From: a virus
Lineage: Duplodnaviria; Caudoviricetes
DNA: 54,792 nt
Direction: 5' to 3' (one strand)
IMG/VR virus record: IMGVR_UViG_3300044785_000009
Coordinates: 1-54,792 of that record
Part shown: positions 36,579-44,145 of the stretch, piece after piece
Layout: each line of letters opens with the position of its first letter
Numbering within the stretch: position 1 is the first letter of the stretch
Notes under the pieces: generated by a model
Databases searched by the model: none
Told to the model about the DNA's origin: nothing
The model's input: only the letters and a program-made list of their open reading frames with translations
Made by a program: the position numbers and the translations under genes

Positions 36579-36857
36579 CTACTGCAGGTTTCGTCGATCC
36601 AGCCTCGCGAGGTTCTGCAGTCCGTTCCTCGCGTAACCGCTACGCCAATCGATCTCGACGTAGTCCTGCTCATTCGTTGCGTAGTACGCTCTTGCGAGCC
36701 TCAGCACCTGCGATCTCCTCATGTCGATCGCCCGTTGCAGTGCTTGTTGGTGCGTCATTCTCGCTGCCTTGGCACGTTCCGATGCCATGATCTTCTCGAC
36801 ATCGTCAGGTGCACATATGACAGCTACGAGCGCTGCCATACCCTCCGGATGATACAT
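36579..36857 (-). CDS. hypothetical protein
   Basis: AAGGGGAG RBS. Confidence 0.6.
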   Translation of the reverse strand: MYHPEGMAALVAVICAPDDVEKIMASERAKAARMTHQQALQRAIDMRRSQVLRLARAYYATNEQDYVEIDWRSGYARNGLQNLARLDRRNLQ

Positions 36858-36976
36858 GCTACTCCCTTGACGGTGGAGTAGATTACCTGTAGGTAACCCC
36901 CGCGATTACCTATGAACCTGTCCAATGGTACTTCGGGGCAAAGTGCTTAGGGGAGCTCTCGCTCCCCCTCGCACCC

Positions 36977-37243
36977 TTACGCGTAGTGCTCGCTCTCCTG
37001 TCCGGTTCTCTCACTGTACACTGCCTTGACGAAGTCAAGACCAGGATGTTGAGAACTCCCCGGACTCCTACTGATCAGGCTCTGATTGAACGAACCTGAT
37101 TTGCTTACTGGACGCTTACCGATCTTGACTCGCATGTGTGACGGTCGCATCATGCTTGTCATGAGTCGCGCTGTACTCCAATCGAGCCCCTCGCGCTTCT
37201 CGCGGTCTGCCTCGATCTCCTCGAGGGTTACCACCCGATTCAT
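36977..37243 (-). CDS. hypothetical protein
   Basis: GGAG RBS, below the promoters at 37331-37514. Confidence 0.55.
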   Translation of the reverse strand: MNRVVTLEEIEADREKREGLDWSTARLMTSMMRPSHMRVKIGKRPVSKSGSFNQSLISRSPGSSQHPGLDFVKAVYSERTGQESEHYA

Positions 37244-37330
37244 TTAGACTCCATTCGGTTAGAGTTACCTGTCACTATGGTTTTGTGCCTTGTTGCCTAG
37301 CTCCTACGCTTAGTTTTTGTCGCTACAATA

Positions 37331-37514
37331 ATTATATCTCAGCCCCCCATATAGACTACAAGTGGTCGATGTGAGGTGCTCTTTGTCCAAGGGCCCCTGT
37401 GAGGTAACGAGCCCCACAGGGGCAGTTGCTACGCTTTGTCCTCGTCACTGTTTAGTTATCGCGAGTTTTTCTCGCTCACATTAATTGTATAGTAGACCCC
37501 TATATAGTGGACAA
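37331..37514 (-). promoter_or_regulatory. two tandem leftward promoters (TTGTAG-N19-TATAAT at 37331-37361; TTGTCC-N19-TACAAT at 37484-37514)
   Basis: Repeated promoter family. A GCCCCTGTG/CACAGGGGC hairpin lies between them. Confidence 0.6.
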
Positions 37515-37531
37515 GGGGGCTATTGATGGGG

Positions 37532-37783
37532 CTATTTATTCGCAGTACGAAACCTGATGTAGACTATGCCAGCCAACTCTTCCGGTGCTAACGTCGTAAA
37601 CAGGATGGATTGGTCACGCATTAGCTCGACTACTTGTTCAAGGATCTCGTCCTGAACTGGCAGTCCGAAGTACTTGGTTACTGCCTTCTCCACTTGGGTA
37701 CAACGCTCGAATAGGATCTTGGCATCCATGCTATTGTCCCACCAGTCGTCATCATCAGGTAACCCACCCTTAGTCCGTTCCAT
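37532..37783 (-). CDS. hypothetical protein
   Basis: Overlaps the upstream gene in operon fashion. Confidence 0.55.
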   Translation of the reverse strand: MERTKGGLPDDDDWWDNSMDAKILFERCTQVEKAVTKYFGLPVQDEILEQVVELMRDQSILFTTLAPEELAGIVYIRFRTANK

Positions 37784-38210
37784 CCTCTGGTTCCCCTTCC
37801 ATGTTCTGGGCGTCGAACTCGTCTTCCCGCTGCCGTATCTGGGCTGCCAGCTTTTCCTTCTCCGTCTTAAAGTACTGGAAGCCGAGTTCGTTATCGCCCA
37901 GGCTCTGAGTCCAACAGTATAGCCCTTCCAACGAGGCTCGCTTTAAAATGCGGATCCTCATTGCTTCTACGGACCGTGGAACTTGCGCCGTTAGACACTC
38001 GATGATGTGGTACTTACCATCCGTCCATATCTGCCAAGGGTAGATCCCCGGTCGACCCGGCTTCCTCCCTATCTCCCTATCTCCCATAACTACGGGGAGA
38101 TAGGGTAGAACCCCAGATTTAGGTAATTGGGGACTTTGGGGGTAATCGGTATGTTCCGCTAGGGCTGCAAGCTCTTCTGGTGTTACCCACTCGTCTCTGG
38201 ACGTAGCCAT
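37770..38210 (-). CDS. hypothetical protein, possibly DNA-binding
   Basis: GRP..YPW..W.DG motif. Directly under the promoter at 38256-38285. Confidence 0.6.
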   Translation of the reverse strand: MATSRDEWVTPEELAALAEHTDYPQSPQLPKSGVLPYLPVVMGDREIGRKPGRPGIYPWQIWTDGKYHIIECLTAQVPRSVEAMRIRILKRASLEGLYCWTQSLGDNELGFQYFKTEKEKLAAQIRQREDEFDAQNMEGEPEDGTD

Positions 38211-38255
38211 TGGAATATGCCCCTTTATGCTGCCTAATAAAAACCTCTTACCTAA

Positions 38256-38285
38256 ATTATACCCTGAAACTCCCTATGACCACAA
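38256..38285 (-). promoter_or_regulatory. leftward promoter TTGTGG-N18-TATAAT
   Basis: Repeated promoter family (TTGTGGTC). Confidence 0.6.
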
Positions 38286-38782
38286 GGGGGCGATTTTCTA
38301 TACCAAATCGGTCTAAATCCCCCTGAATTCGCCCATAATTTCACTAAAATCCTGTGAATGCGACAACGTGCCTCCCTCTCTCCCCGCAGGTTCCTTTATA
38401 TTAGAATGTACATATGGTGTTATAATACTATAGACGTAGTGACAATTGGAGGTATCCATTTGTTACACAGATAAAATAGCCAACGTTTTACTAGAGATTA
38501 AAGCTCCCTATCTAATAAAACGTTTTATTAGGCAGTTCGCCCACCCAACCCCGCTGCCCCCGTGGGTGTTTTGGCTCCCTTAGACCCGGGGTCGTCCCCA
38601 GGATGCCGACTGCCCGGGGCACGCTCGTGTAGCGGCACCTGGCCCGGGGTCGGACCCGACCTGTTTTTCAAGATCCGGAGGGTACCCTTCCGATCCGGAT
38701 TTTGGGCAGGTGGGGGTCATCCTCATACGGTCCACCGTTCGGACCGGAGGCTTCGTTACGCTTTACTCGCCGCCGCGATACT

Positions 38783-39104
38783 CGATATGGGCACTTGGAG
38801 CTGCTCGTCCAGGTACTACTGGGGCTTTACTTACCTGTTAGTAGGGGCGATACCCAACTCGATCTCTACCTGCTTGATCGCGGCGATCAGCAGGCGACCC
38901 ATCGTGCACTCTGTCTGGATGATCCTCCAGACATCGTCCTCGTCGACGTGCTCAACGCAGATCTCGCAATCCGAGGAGTGCTCGGCCCACGCATCACTGG
39001 TATCGATCAACCAGTTCCACATCTCGGGGTTGGGAATGTTATCTACCATGACTGCTCCTTTGTCCGATTCTGGCCTGGACGAGCAGCTTCAGGAACCCAT
39101 ATCG
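38783..39104. repeat. 31-bp inverted repeat pair 1 (38783-38813 / 39074-39104) enclosing one gene
   Basis: CGATATGGGCACTTGGAGCTGCTCGTCCAGG vs CCTGGACGAGCAGCTTCAGGAACCCATATCG, 27/31 complementary. Confidence 0.9.
38831..39049 (-). CDS. small putative Zn-binding early protein
   Basis: AAGGAG RBS, H...CEIC...C..G.LLI. Confidence 0.7.
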   Translation of the reverse strand: MVDNIPNPEMWNWLIDTSDAWAEHSSDCEICVEHVDEDDVWRIIQTECTMGRLLIAAIKQVEIELGIAPTNR

Positions 39105-39105
39105 T

Positions 39106-39385
39106 AACCAAGTCGCCTTAGGACCGCTCGGACCCTGTTACCTTACTTGGAGGTGTTCTTGACTTCCAACATCCGTGTTATCAAGATCCAACCATCCAAG
39201 CACTTCAGGTTGTAAAGATCCTTACCTTCCGTGGCCCACAGCTCGCAGATCTCGCATCGCTTGCCGTGGGTAAGTACGTCCGTCATCGCATCGGCCAACT
39301 TGACTGGCTTACCAATGGGAATCAACATCTCGTGCTCCTTTGTCCGATTTTCGGGGGGCCCGAGCGGTCTTAGGACGACTTGGTT
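39106..39385. repeat. 30-bp inverted repeat pair 2 (39106-39135 / 39356-39385) enclosing one gene
   Basis: AACCAAGTCGCCTTAGGACCGCTCGGACCC vs GGGCCCGAGCGGTCTTAGGACGACTTGGTT, 26/30 complementary. Confidence 0.9.
39143..39328 (-). CDS. small putative Zn-binding early protein (paralog of 38831-39049)
   Basis: Same 17-nt leader, H...CEIC...C..G..LI. Confidence 0.7.
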   Translation of the reverse strand: MLIPIGKPVKLADAMTDVLTHGKRCEICELWATEGKDLYNLKCLDGWILITRMLEVKNTSK

Positions 39386-39388
39386 CGT

Positions 39389-39871
39389 GATCAGGTAGCT
39401 TCGGGGAGGTCCGGGTGGTTACTACTTGTGGATCTTAATTACTTGTACTGGTGGTACGCCGAACTACATCTGGAGGTCAAGCTCCATCTGGTTCGGGTCG
39501 ATCTCTGTGATCTGGTTGATCTTGATTCCATTACGCGTGGCGTAACGGATCACGAACTCCCGCACCTCGTCCGCGGTAACCTCACGAAGCGACGTGCCGA
39601 AGATCTTCTCGCCGCGGACGATAAGTCCGTTGCGGAGGTAGTTGTACATCATCTGCGGGCGGATCTTCTCCGCGCCACCCTGCACCAGTACTGCGTTCAG
39701 GACGGTGTGGATCCCGTAGCCGGTGTACGACTCCTTCGTGACCAGCCGGTCGAGGATCTCGTTCCACGAGGAACGGATCTCGTCGGTGATCTCGATCTTG
39801 GTACCAGACATTTGGTGCTCCTTAGGTAGGTACTACATGGTCCACCCGGACCCCCTCGGAGCTACCTGATC
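39389..39871. repeat. 30-bp inverted repeat pair 3 (39389-39418 / 39842-39871) enclosing one gene
   Basis: GATCAGGTAGCTTCGGGGAGGTCCGGGTGG vs CCACCCGGACCCCCTCGGAGCTACCTGATC, 27/30 complementary. Confidence 0.9.
39464..39811 (-). CDS. early protein, putative HTH-like DNA-binding protein
   Basis: TAAGGAG RBS. PQMMYNYLRNG motif shared with 31916-32437. Confidence 0.7.
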   Translation of the reverse strand: MSGTKIEITDEIRSSWNEILDRLVTKESYTGYGIHTVLNAVLVQGGAEKIRPQMMYNYLRNGLIVRGEKIFGTSLREVTADEVREFVIRYATRNGIKINQITEIDPNQMELDLQM

Positions 39872-40070
39872 CCTATCTCTCCCTGTGTAATTGTTAAGGT
39901 ACGATTGCCTACAACTCGTCCGTGTAGCCGATGGACGCATCGATGATCGTGTAGACGTTTCTTGCTGGCGATAACTATATTATAGTGCAGGTTTCAAGAT
40001 CTTTAACCCCCCGAGGGTCTTAGAAGCAAGCGAGATATTTTCAAGGTGAGCAGGTTATATAGAAACAGAT

Positions 40071-40152
40071 AGACGTTAGTTAGACAAATCAGGTATACTT
40101 TCTACGTAAACGCGCTAGTAACACATCTCTCTTGCTATCTCTCTTGTCTAAT
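40071..40152. repeat. dispersed palindromic element, copy 4, in the divergent control region
   Basis: AGACGTTAGTTAGACAAA ... TATCTCTCTTGTCTAA. Confidence 0.7.
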
Positions 40153-40244
40153 CATCTATCTCTACTAATCCTAGCACTAGAGATAGCGGTGACAATGAAA
40201 TAAAGTAACGTACGAAGGAAAAAATGCATTTGTTACTCAGATAG

Positions 40245-40282
40245 AGTGAATTGTTGCCTAAAAAGTAAAGATAGGAGAGAAT
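40245..40282 (+). promoter_or_regulatory. putative late promoter
   Basis: AGTGAATTGTTGCCT, identical to 51733-51747. TTGCCT-N17-GAGAAT. Confidence 0.5.
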
Positions 40283-40307
40283 AAAGTTGAGAACCCAGGA
40301 GGGTACG

Positions 40308-40625
40308 ATGGAAGAGATCCGTCGGGAAATCACCCGCGCTGAGTGGACCCCGGATGCGGAGCTGCAGAAGCTTCAGTGTGAGCGTGTACTAGCTCCCGAG
40401 AAGACCAACATCGAGCTAGCTCGAGAGATACTCACGTCTGCAGCCCCGATGGCGGCGCAGAGCGTGGCGTTCCTGTCTACACACGCAGCCAACGAGAACA
40501 TCCGGCTTAAGGCATCGCAGTATATTATCGATGGCGTTGTTGGTGGGGCCTGGCGAGGCGATGGAGACATCGACGACATGCTTATGGCGCTTGTCGCAAA
40601 GCTGGGGGAGAACGACGAGCGTTAA
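40308..40625 (+). CDS. putative terminase small subunit
   Basis: First gene of the rightward arm. Helical A..A...V......E.IRLKAS.YIID motif seen in small terminases. Confidence 0.5.
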   Translation: MEEIRREITRAEWTPDAELQKLQCERVLAPEKTNIELAREILTSAAPMAAQSVAFLSTHAANENIRLKASQYIIDGVVGGAWRGDGDIDDMLMALVAKLGENDER

Positions 40626-40706
40626 AATGCGACAAAGGAAAGCAGCAGTCCTGTGGGTGTGTTAAAGGCCTGGGGCGAGTGTTCCTGAGATATAAAGGAG
40701 GGTAAA

Positions 40707-41906
40707 ATGCAGAAGATTATACCAACGGCGGTCATAGCGATTGTCGTGGGAATCGCAGGGGTCGTAGCGTTTACGCCTGCGCGCCAAGAAGGTGTCGCCC
40801 AGGTAGTACCGTTCGGAGATAACTGCACGCGAGTAATTCAGGTGGATGGTAGTTCAGACATCCATTGTCCTCCACCGCCAACCGTGGAGCCTACGATTAC
40901 GCCGACAGTTACGCCAAGTCCGACGGTAACCGCGAGCCCTACTGCAACTCCGAGCCCATCTCCGACCACGACTGCACCACCGACCACGACTCCGGCGCCT
41001 ACAACGAACCCACCGACTACCACGCCAGTACCGAGTCCGACACCGACTACTACACCACCGGGAACCATTACGTTTCCGGGCGCTTTTACTACTGGGGTCG
41101 GCCCGTTCTGGGTGGCTAAGACGACCTACACCAGCGATCTGGTGGTCAGCACAGCTGGCGCTATCGTGGAGGATGCAGCGTTCCTTAACGGGGCCGACCT
41201 GCTCATCCGCGCGCCCAACGTAATCGTGCGGAGGTCGGTGTTTCAGGGTGGCTCGATCGACAATGATCAGGTGGCCGGCAGCTGCCACGGCACGGTGATC
41301 GAGGATGTTTCGATGCTGCGCAACCCGGCCGTGCTGACCACGCAGAACGACGGGCAGGCGATCGGGACCGGTGGCTACACGGCGCGCCGGGTGAAGATCG
41401 ACGGGCCCACCGAGGGGTTCCGGATCGGCGATAAGGCCAACTGCGGGCCGGTCGTCATCGAAGATAGTTATGCCAACATCGGCATCCCGCAGGCCGGCTG
41501 CCCCGGTGTTGCCTGGCACGGCGACGCACTGCAGGGCTACCAGGGGGCCGCGCTCACGGTCCGGCACTCCACGTTCGTCATGGACGGCACCACGGCCACC
41601 TGTGACGGCACCCGGCCGTTCTTCTATCCCAGCCAGGGCAACACGTCGGTCGACCTGGACGGGGTGCTGGCCATCGGCGGCTACTGGGACGCGTTCACCC
41701 TGGGCGAGCCCGGAGTAGCTCACAATATCTACCTGACACCGGCCCCCAACGGTCGGGGTGGCGCGCTGGACGTGAAGTGCTCCCTGTACAATCCAGCTTC
41801 GTCGGGCAAGTGGAGTGCATGGCGAGTTAGTGCGGTTGCCGGGGTCGGTGGGTACGCAGTCACCAAGTTAGCCGTGCAGCTGTGCAACACCGAGGGTGGT
41901 ATCTGA
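40707..41906 (+). CDS. secreted or membrane-anchored protein with Pro/Thr linker and right-handed beta-helix (pectate lyase-like) domain
   Basis: N-terminal signal/TM segment, PT-rich linker, VVIEDSY...HGDALQ...TVRHSTF beta-helix motifs. Confidence 0.7.
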   Translation: MQKIIPTAVIAIVVGIAGVVAFTPARQEGVAQVVPFGDNCTRVIQVDGSSDIHCPPPPTVEPTITPTVTPSPTVTASPTATPSPSPTTTAPPTTTPAPTTNPPTTTPVPSPTPTTTPPGTITFPGAFTTGVGPFWVAKTTYTSDLVVSTAGAIVEDAAFLNGADLLIRAPNVIVRRSVFQGGSIDNDQVAGSCHGTVIEDVSMLRNPAVLTTQNDGQAIGTGGYTARRVKIDGPTEGFRIGDKANCGPVVIEDSYANIGIPQAGCPGVAWHGDALQGYQGAALTVRHSTFVMDGTTATCDGTRPFFYPSQGNTSVDLDGVLAIGGYWDAFTLGEPGVAHNIYLTPAPNGRGGALDVKCSLYNPASSGKWSAWRVSAVAGVGGYAVTKLAVQLCNTEGGI

Positions 41907-41923
41907 AGAAACATGGAGGCATA

Positions 41924-42466
41924 ATGGCAGTCAAGACAGCAACTATCGGAGATACCGTTCAGTTCCGCGACGCTGGTGGTAGCTCTCGTAACGTGTTGGT
42001 CTACGGTACTCAGGCCAACTCGGGAGCCGCTCCTTCAGCGCCGGCCGTTGCCAACTCGGGAGCTGGTGGAGTGCTGACGGCAGCGACGTACAGCTACCGA
42101 ATTAGCCGTGTGAGAGGTGGCGCTGAGACGCTCGCCAGTACTGCTGGTACCACAGTGGTCGGTGCTGGTACTACGAACAAGTGCACGATTACGCTGCCAG
42201 GAGAAGCTGGCGCATCCTACCGCATCTACGGGCGTGTGGGTGGTTCGGAACTCTTCATCGGCGAATCGGCTGTCGGAGCTGTGAGCTTTGACGATACTGG
42301 TTCCGTCGTTACACCGGCTGGTGCTCTTCCTGCGACTGATGGACGAATCGGTATTTACGATCCTCACATCGATCCGGAGATCCGGCCGCTTGGTGGGGGT
42401 GCGCCGATCCTCAAGGCAACCGCGAAGCATGGGGCCGGTTCGACAAACGTTTACTTCAAGTACTAA
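41924..42466 (+). CDS. putative virion protein with Ig/FN3-like domain
   Basis: GG.LTA.TY.Y.I.......ET..S...Y.IY...GSE.......F.D pattern shared with the tail tube insertion. Confidence 0.65.
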   Translation: MAVKTATIGDTVQFRDAGGSSRNVLVYGTQANSGAAPSAPAVANSGAGGVLTAATYSYRISRVRGGAETLASTAGTTVVGAGTTNKCTITLPGEAGASYRIYGRVGGSELFIGESAVGAVSFDDTGSVVTPAGALPATDGRIGIYDPHIDPEIRPLGGGAPILKATAKHGAGSTNVYFKY

Positions 42467-42540
42467 GAGGAACGACATGCGACGCCGTAATATGCCTGAC
42501 GTTCGCCATTGTGAGTCAGGATCTTAGTTAGGGAGGGTGA

Positions 42541-42765
42541 ATGAGTGAGTACAAGACGTCGAGCTTCTGCGATTCAGGAGCTTGCACCGAAGTAGCGTTT
42601 GTCAAGGCCAAAAGTTGTGGCGATAGTGCGTGCGTTGAAGCAGCTTCTCTACCAGTAACGGTCCTGTTGCGGGCAACGGGTGATCCGGAGAACGTGCTCG
42701 AGATCGATCGCAGTTCCTGGAAGCACCTGTTGTCCGCTATTAAGGAAGGAGCATTCAACGTATGA
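42541..42765 (+). CDS. DUF397-family protein
   Basis: K.SSFC.SGAC.EVA (duplicated), then VLLR...P...L......W..LL.AIK.G.F. Confidence 0.8.
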   Translation: MSEYKTSSFCDSGACTEVAFVKAKSCGDSACVEAASLPVTVLLRATGDPENVLEIDRSSWKHLLSAIKEGAFNV

Positions 42766-43034
42766 ATATCGATGCTGCGAACCCTTGGGAGAATCGTCAC
42801 CCGAGCGTGAAGCACTTCGAGCCTCTATTCGAGTTCTCGCACCTATCAGAGGGACTACTTCGCGATACGTCGAGAGTGTTCGCGCAGATGGCTCGGACGA
42901 TGTTGACATTAGTCGAAGATGGTCCCGAGATGAGTGCAGGTCTTCGCAAGTTGCTCGAAGCGAAGGACTGCTTTGTACGGCAGGCAGTCCTGGACAGAGC
43001 AGCTGCGATCGCAAGGGTGAAGGACGACACATGA
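42762..43034 (+). CDS. helical-hairpin protein, candidate anti-defence nucleotide sponge
   Basis: F.F.HL...L...S..F...A.......GPE.SAGLRKLLEAKDCFVR. General resemblance to Acb2/Tad1-type hairpins. Confidence 0.5.
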   Translation: MNIDAANPWENRHPSVKHFEPLFEFSHLSEGLLRDTSRVFAQMARTMLTLVEDGPEMSAGLRKLLEAKDCFVRQAVLDRAAAIARVKDDT

Positions 43035-43306
43035 GCGCCTACGACGGTGGAAGTACCGGAAGCGGTAACACACACACGTCCGCAATGATCAGTGGCGGCA
43101 AGAAGCAACCGAGTACTGCAATCAAGAAGGCAAAGCGCGTCCAGAGGTTCGAGGATCCGCCAGCTGTGACACCCCGCCAGAAAGTGGCTAAAGCTGGCGG
43201 ACGTTCGACAAAGGCGGCAGCCGGAAAGGCTATGGCCGCCCCTGTGGGTCTTTCAGCTCGCATGCGCCGGCAGGCGTCCAATATGACAGTCCGAAAGGGG
43301 ATGTAG
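43031..43306 (+). CDS. small basic Lys/Arg/Ala-rich protein
   Basis: ATGA overlap, AAGGA RBS. Confidence 0.55.
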   Translation: MSAYDGGSTGSGNTHTSAMISGGKKQPSTAIKKAKRVQRFEDPPAVTPRQKVAKAGGRSTKAAAGKAMAAPVGLSARMRRQASNMTVRKGM

Positions 43307-43310
43307 AGAG

Positions 43311-43481
43311 ATGACTATCGCTAAGAAGGTAACTCCGAAGAGGGCACCTGCGAAGGCGTCACGCGGCGCAGCTACGACGGCTGCTAAGACCGTTCCGGTC
43401 AAGGTTGCGGGTGGCTACAAGGGTGCTAAGACGGTTCGTGGTAAGGGTACGGCAAGTTCCAGTGGTAGCAAGCAGGACTAG
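43311..43481 (+). CDS. 56-aa Lys/Ala-rich basic protein (not in the ORF track)
   Basis: MTIAKKVTPKRAPAKASRGAATTAAKTVPVKVAGGYKGAKTVRGKGTASSSGSKQD. Fills the gap exactly. Confidence 0.65.
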   Translation: MTIAKKVTPKRAPAKASRGAATTAAKTVPVKVAGGYKGAKTVRGKGTASSSGSKQD

Positions 43482-43721
43482 ATGTCAACCTGGAAGCCGA
43501 AAATCGGTCGGCACGTCCAAGTGTTCGTGCAGAAGACTGTCGGTGGGAACGTGCAATTCCAGAAGGTACGTACTGCACGAATTACGGCTCTTGGTGCAGG
43601 CAACTTGATTACCTGCCGCGTCGGTCGTTTCAGTTCGCCATCGACCGAGATCTACACGAACATCGATGAGCGGCAAGATCCGAATGAGGATCTAGTAGCT
43701 GTCAAGTACATTCCGCAGTAA
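43482..43721 (+). CDS. hypothetical protein
   Basis: Abuts the upstream stop codon. Confidence 0.65.
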   Translation: MSTWKPKIGRHVQVFVQKTVGGNVQFQKVRTARITALGAGNLITCRVGRFSSPSTEIYTNIDERQDPNEDLVAVKYIPQ

Positions 43722-43753
43722 AGCATTCCTCTATATAAGCTCCTGGAGGCGAG

Positions 43754-44128
43754 ATGGATCCGCATAAGCTAGGATGGGCGGCCGGGTTCATCGATGGTGA
43801 GGGTTGTGTTCGCGTGGCGACCCACCGAGATGGCTACATGGAAATACGTCTGACCGTCGGTCAACGAGTACGTGAGCCGTTGGACTTAATCCAGGAGATG
43901 TTTGGTGTTGGCAAGGTATACGGCCCCTACAAGACGGGAAACGTTTACGTCTTGAATGTGTCTGGCCAAGGACTAGTAGATATGCTAACGCAATTGCTCC
44001 CGCACCTGATTGTGAAGAGGCGGCAGGCTCAGCTGGCGTTATCGTTCTACGAGCGCGACCAAGAAGGTCGTAGGGAATTGTCAGATCAATTAACTGAGGC
44101 CAAGCGACCTTGGTTGCGAGCGGTATAA
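43754..44128 (+). CDS. single-motif LAGLIDADG homing endonuclease
   Basis: WAAGFIDGEGC, then L..IQE.FG.G and LLPHLIVKR.QA. Confidence 0.85.
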   Translation: MDPHKLGWAAGFIDGEGCVRVATHRDGYMEIRLTVGQRVREPLDLIQEMFGVGKVYGPYKTGNVYVLNVSGQGLVDMLTQLLPHLIVKRRQAQLALSFYERDQEGRRELSDQLTEAKRPWLRAV

Positions 44129-44145
44129 GGGCGGGTGAGGCTCTG

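Noticed and set aside
38783-39871. IS elements or an invertase-driven shufflon
   Set aside because: No transposase or site-specific recombinase is visible. The three repeat pairs differ in sequence and no target duplications are apparent.
43754-44128. Intein or intron interrupting terL
   Set aside because: The LAGLIDADG ORF is free-standing with its own RBS, and terL reads uninterrupted.
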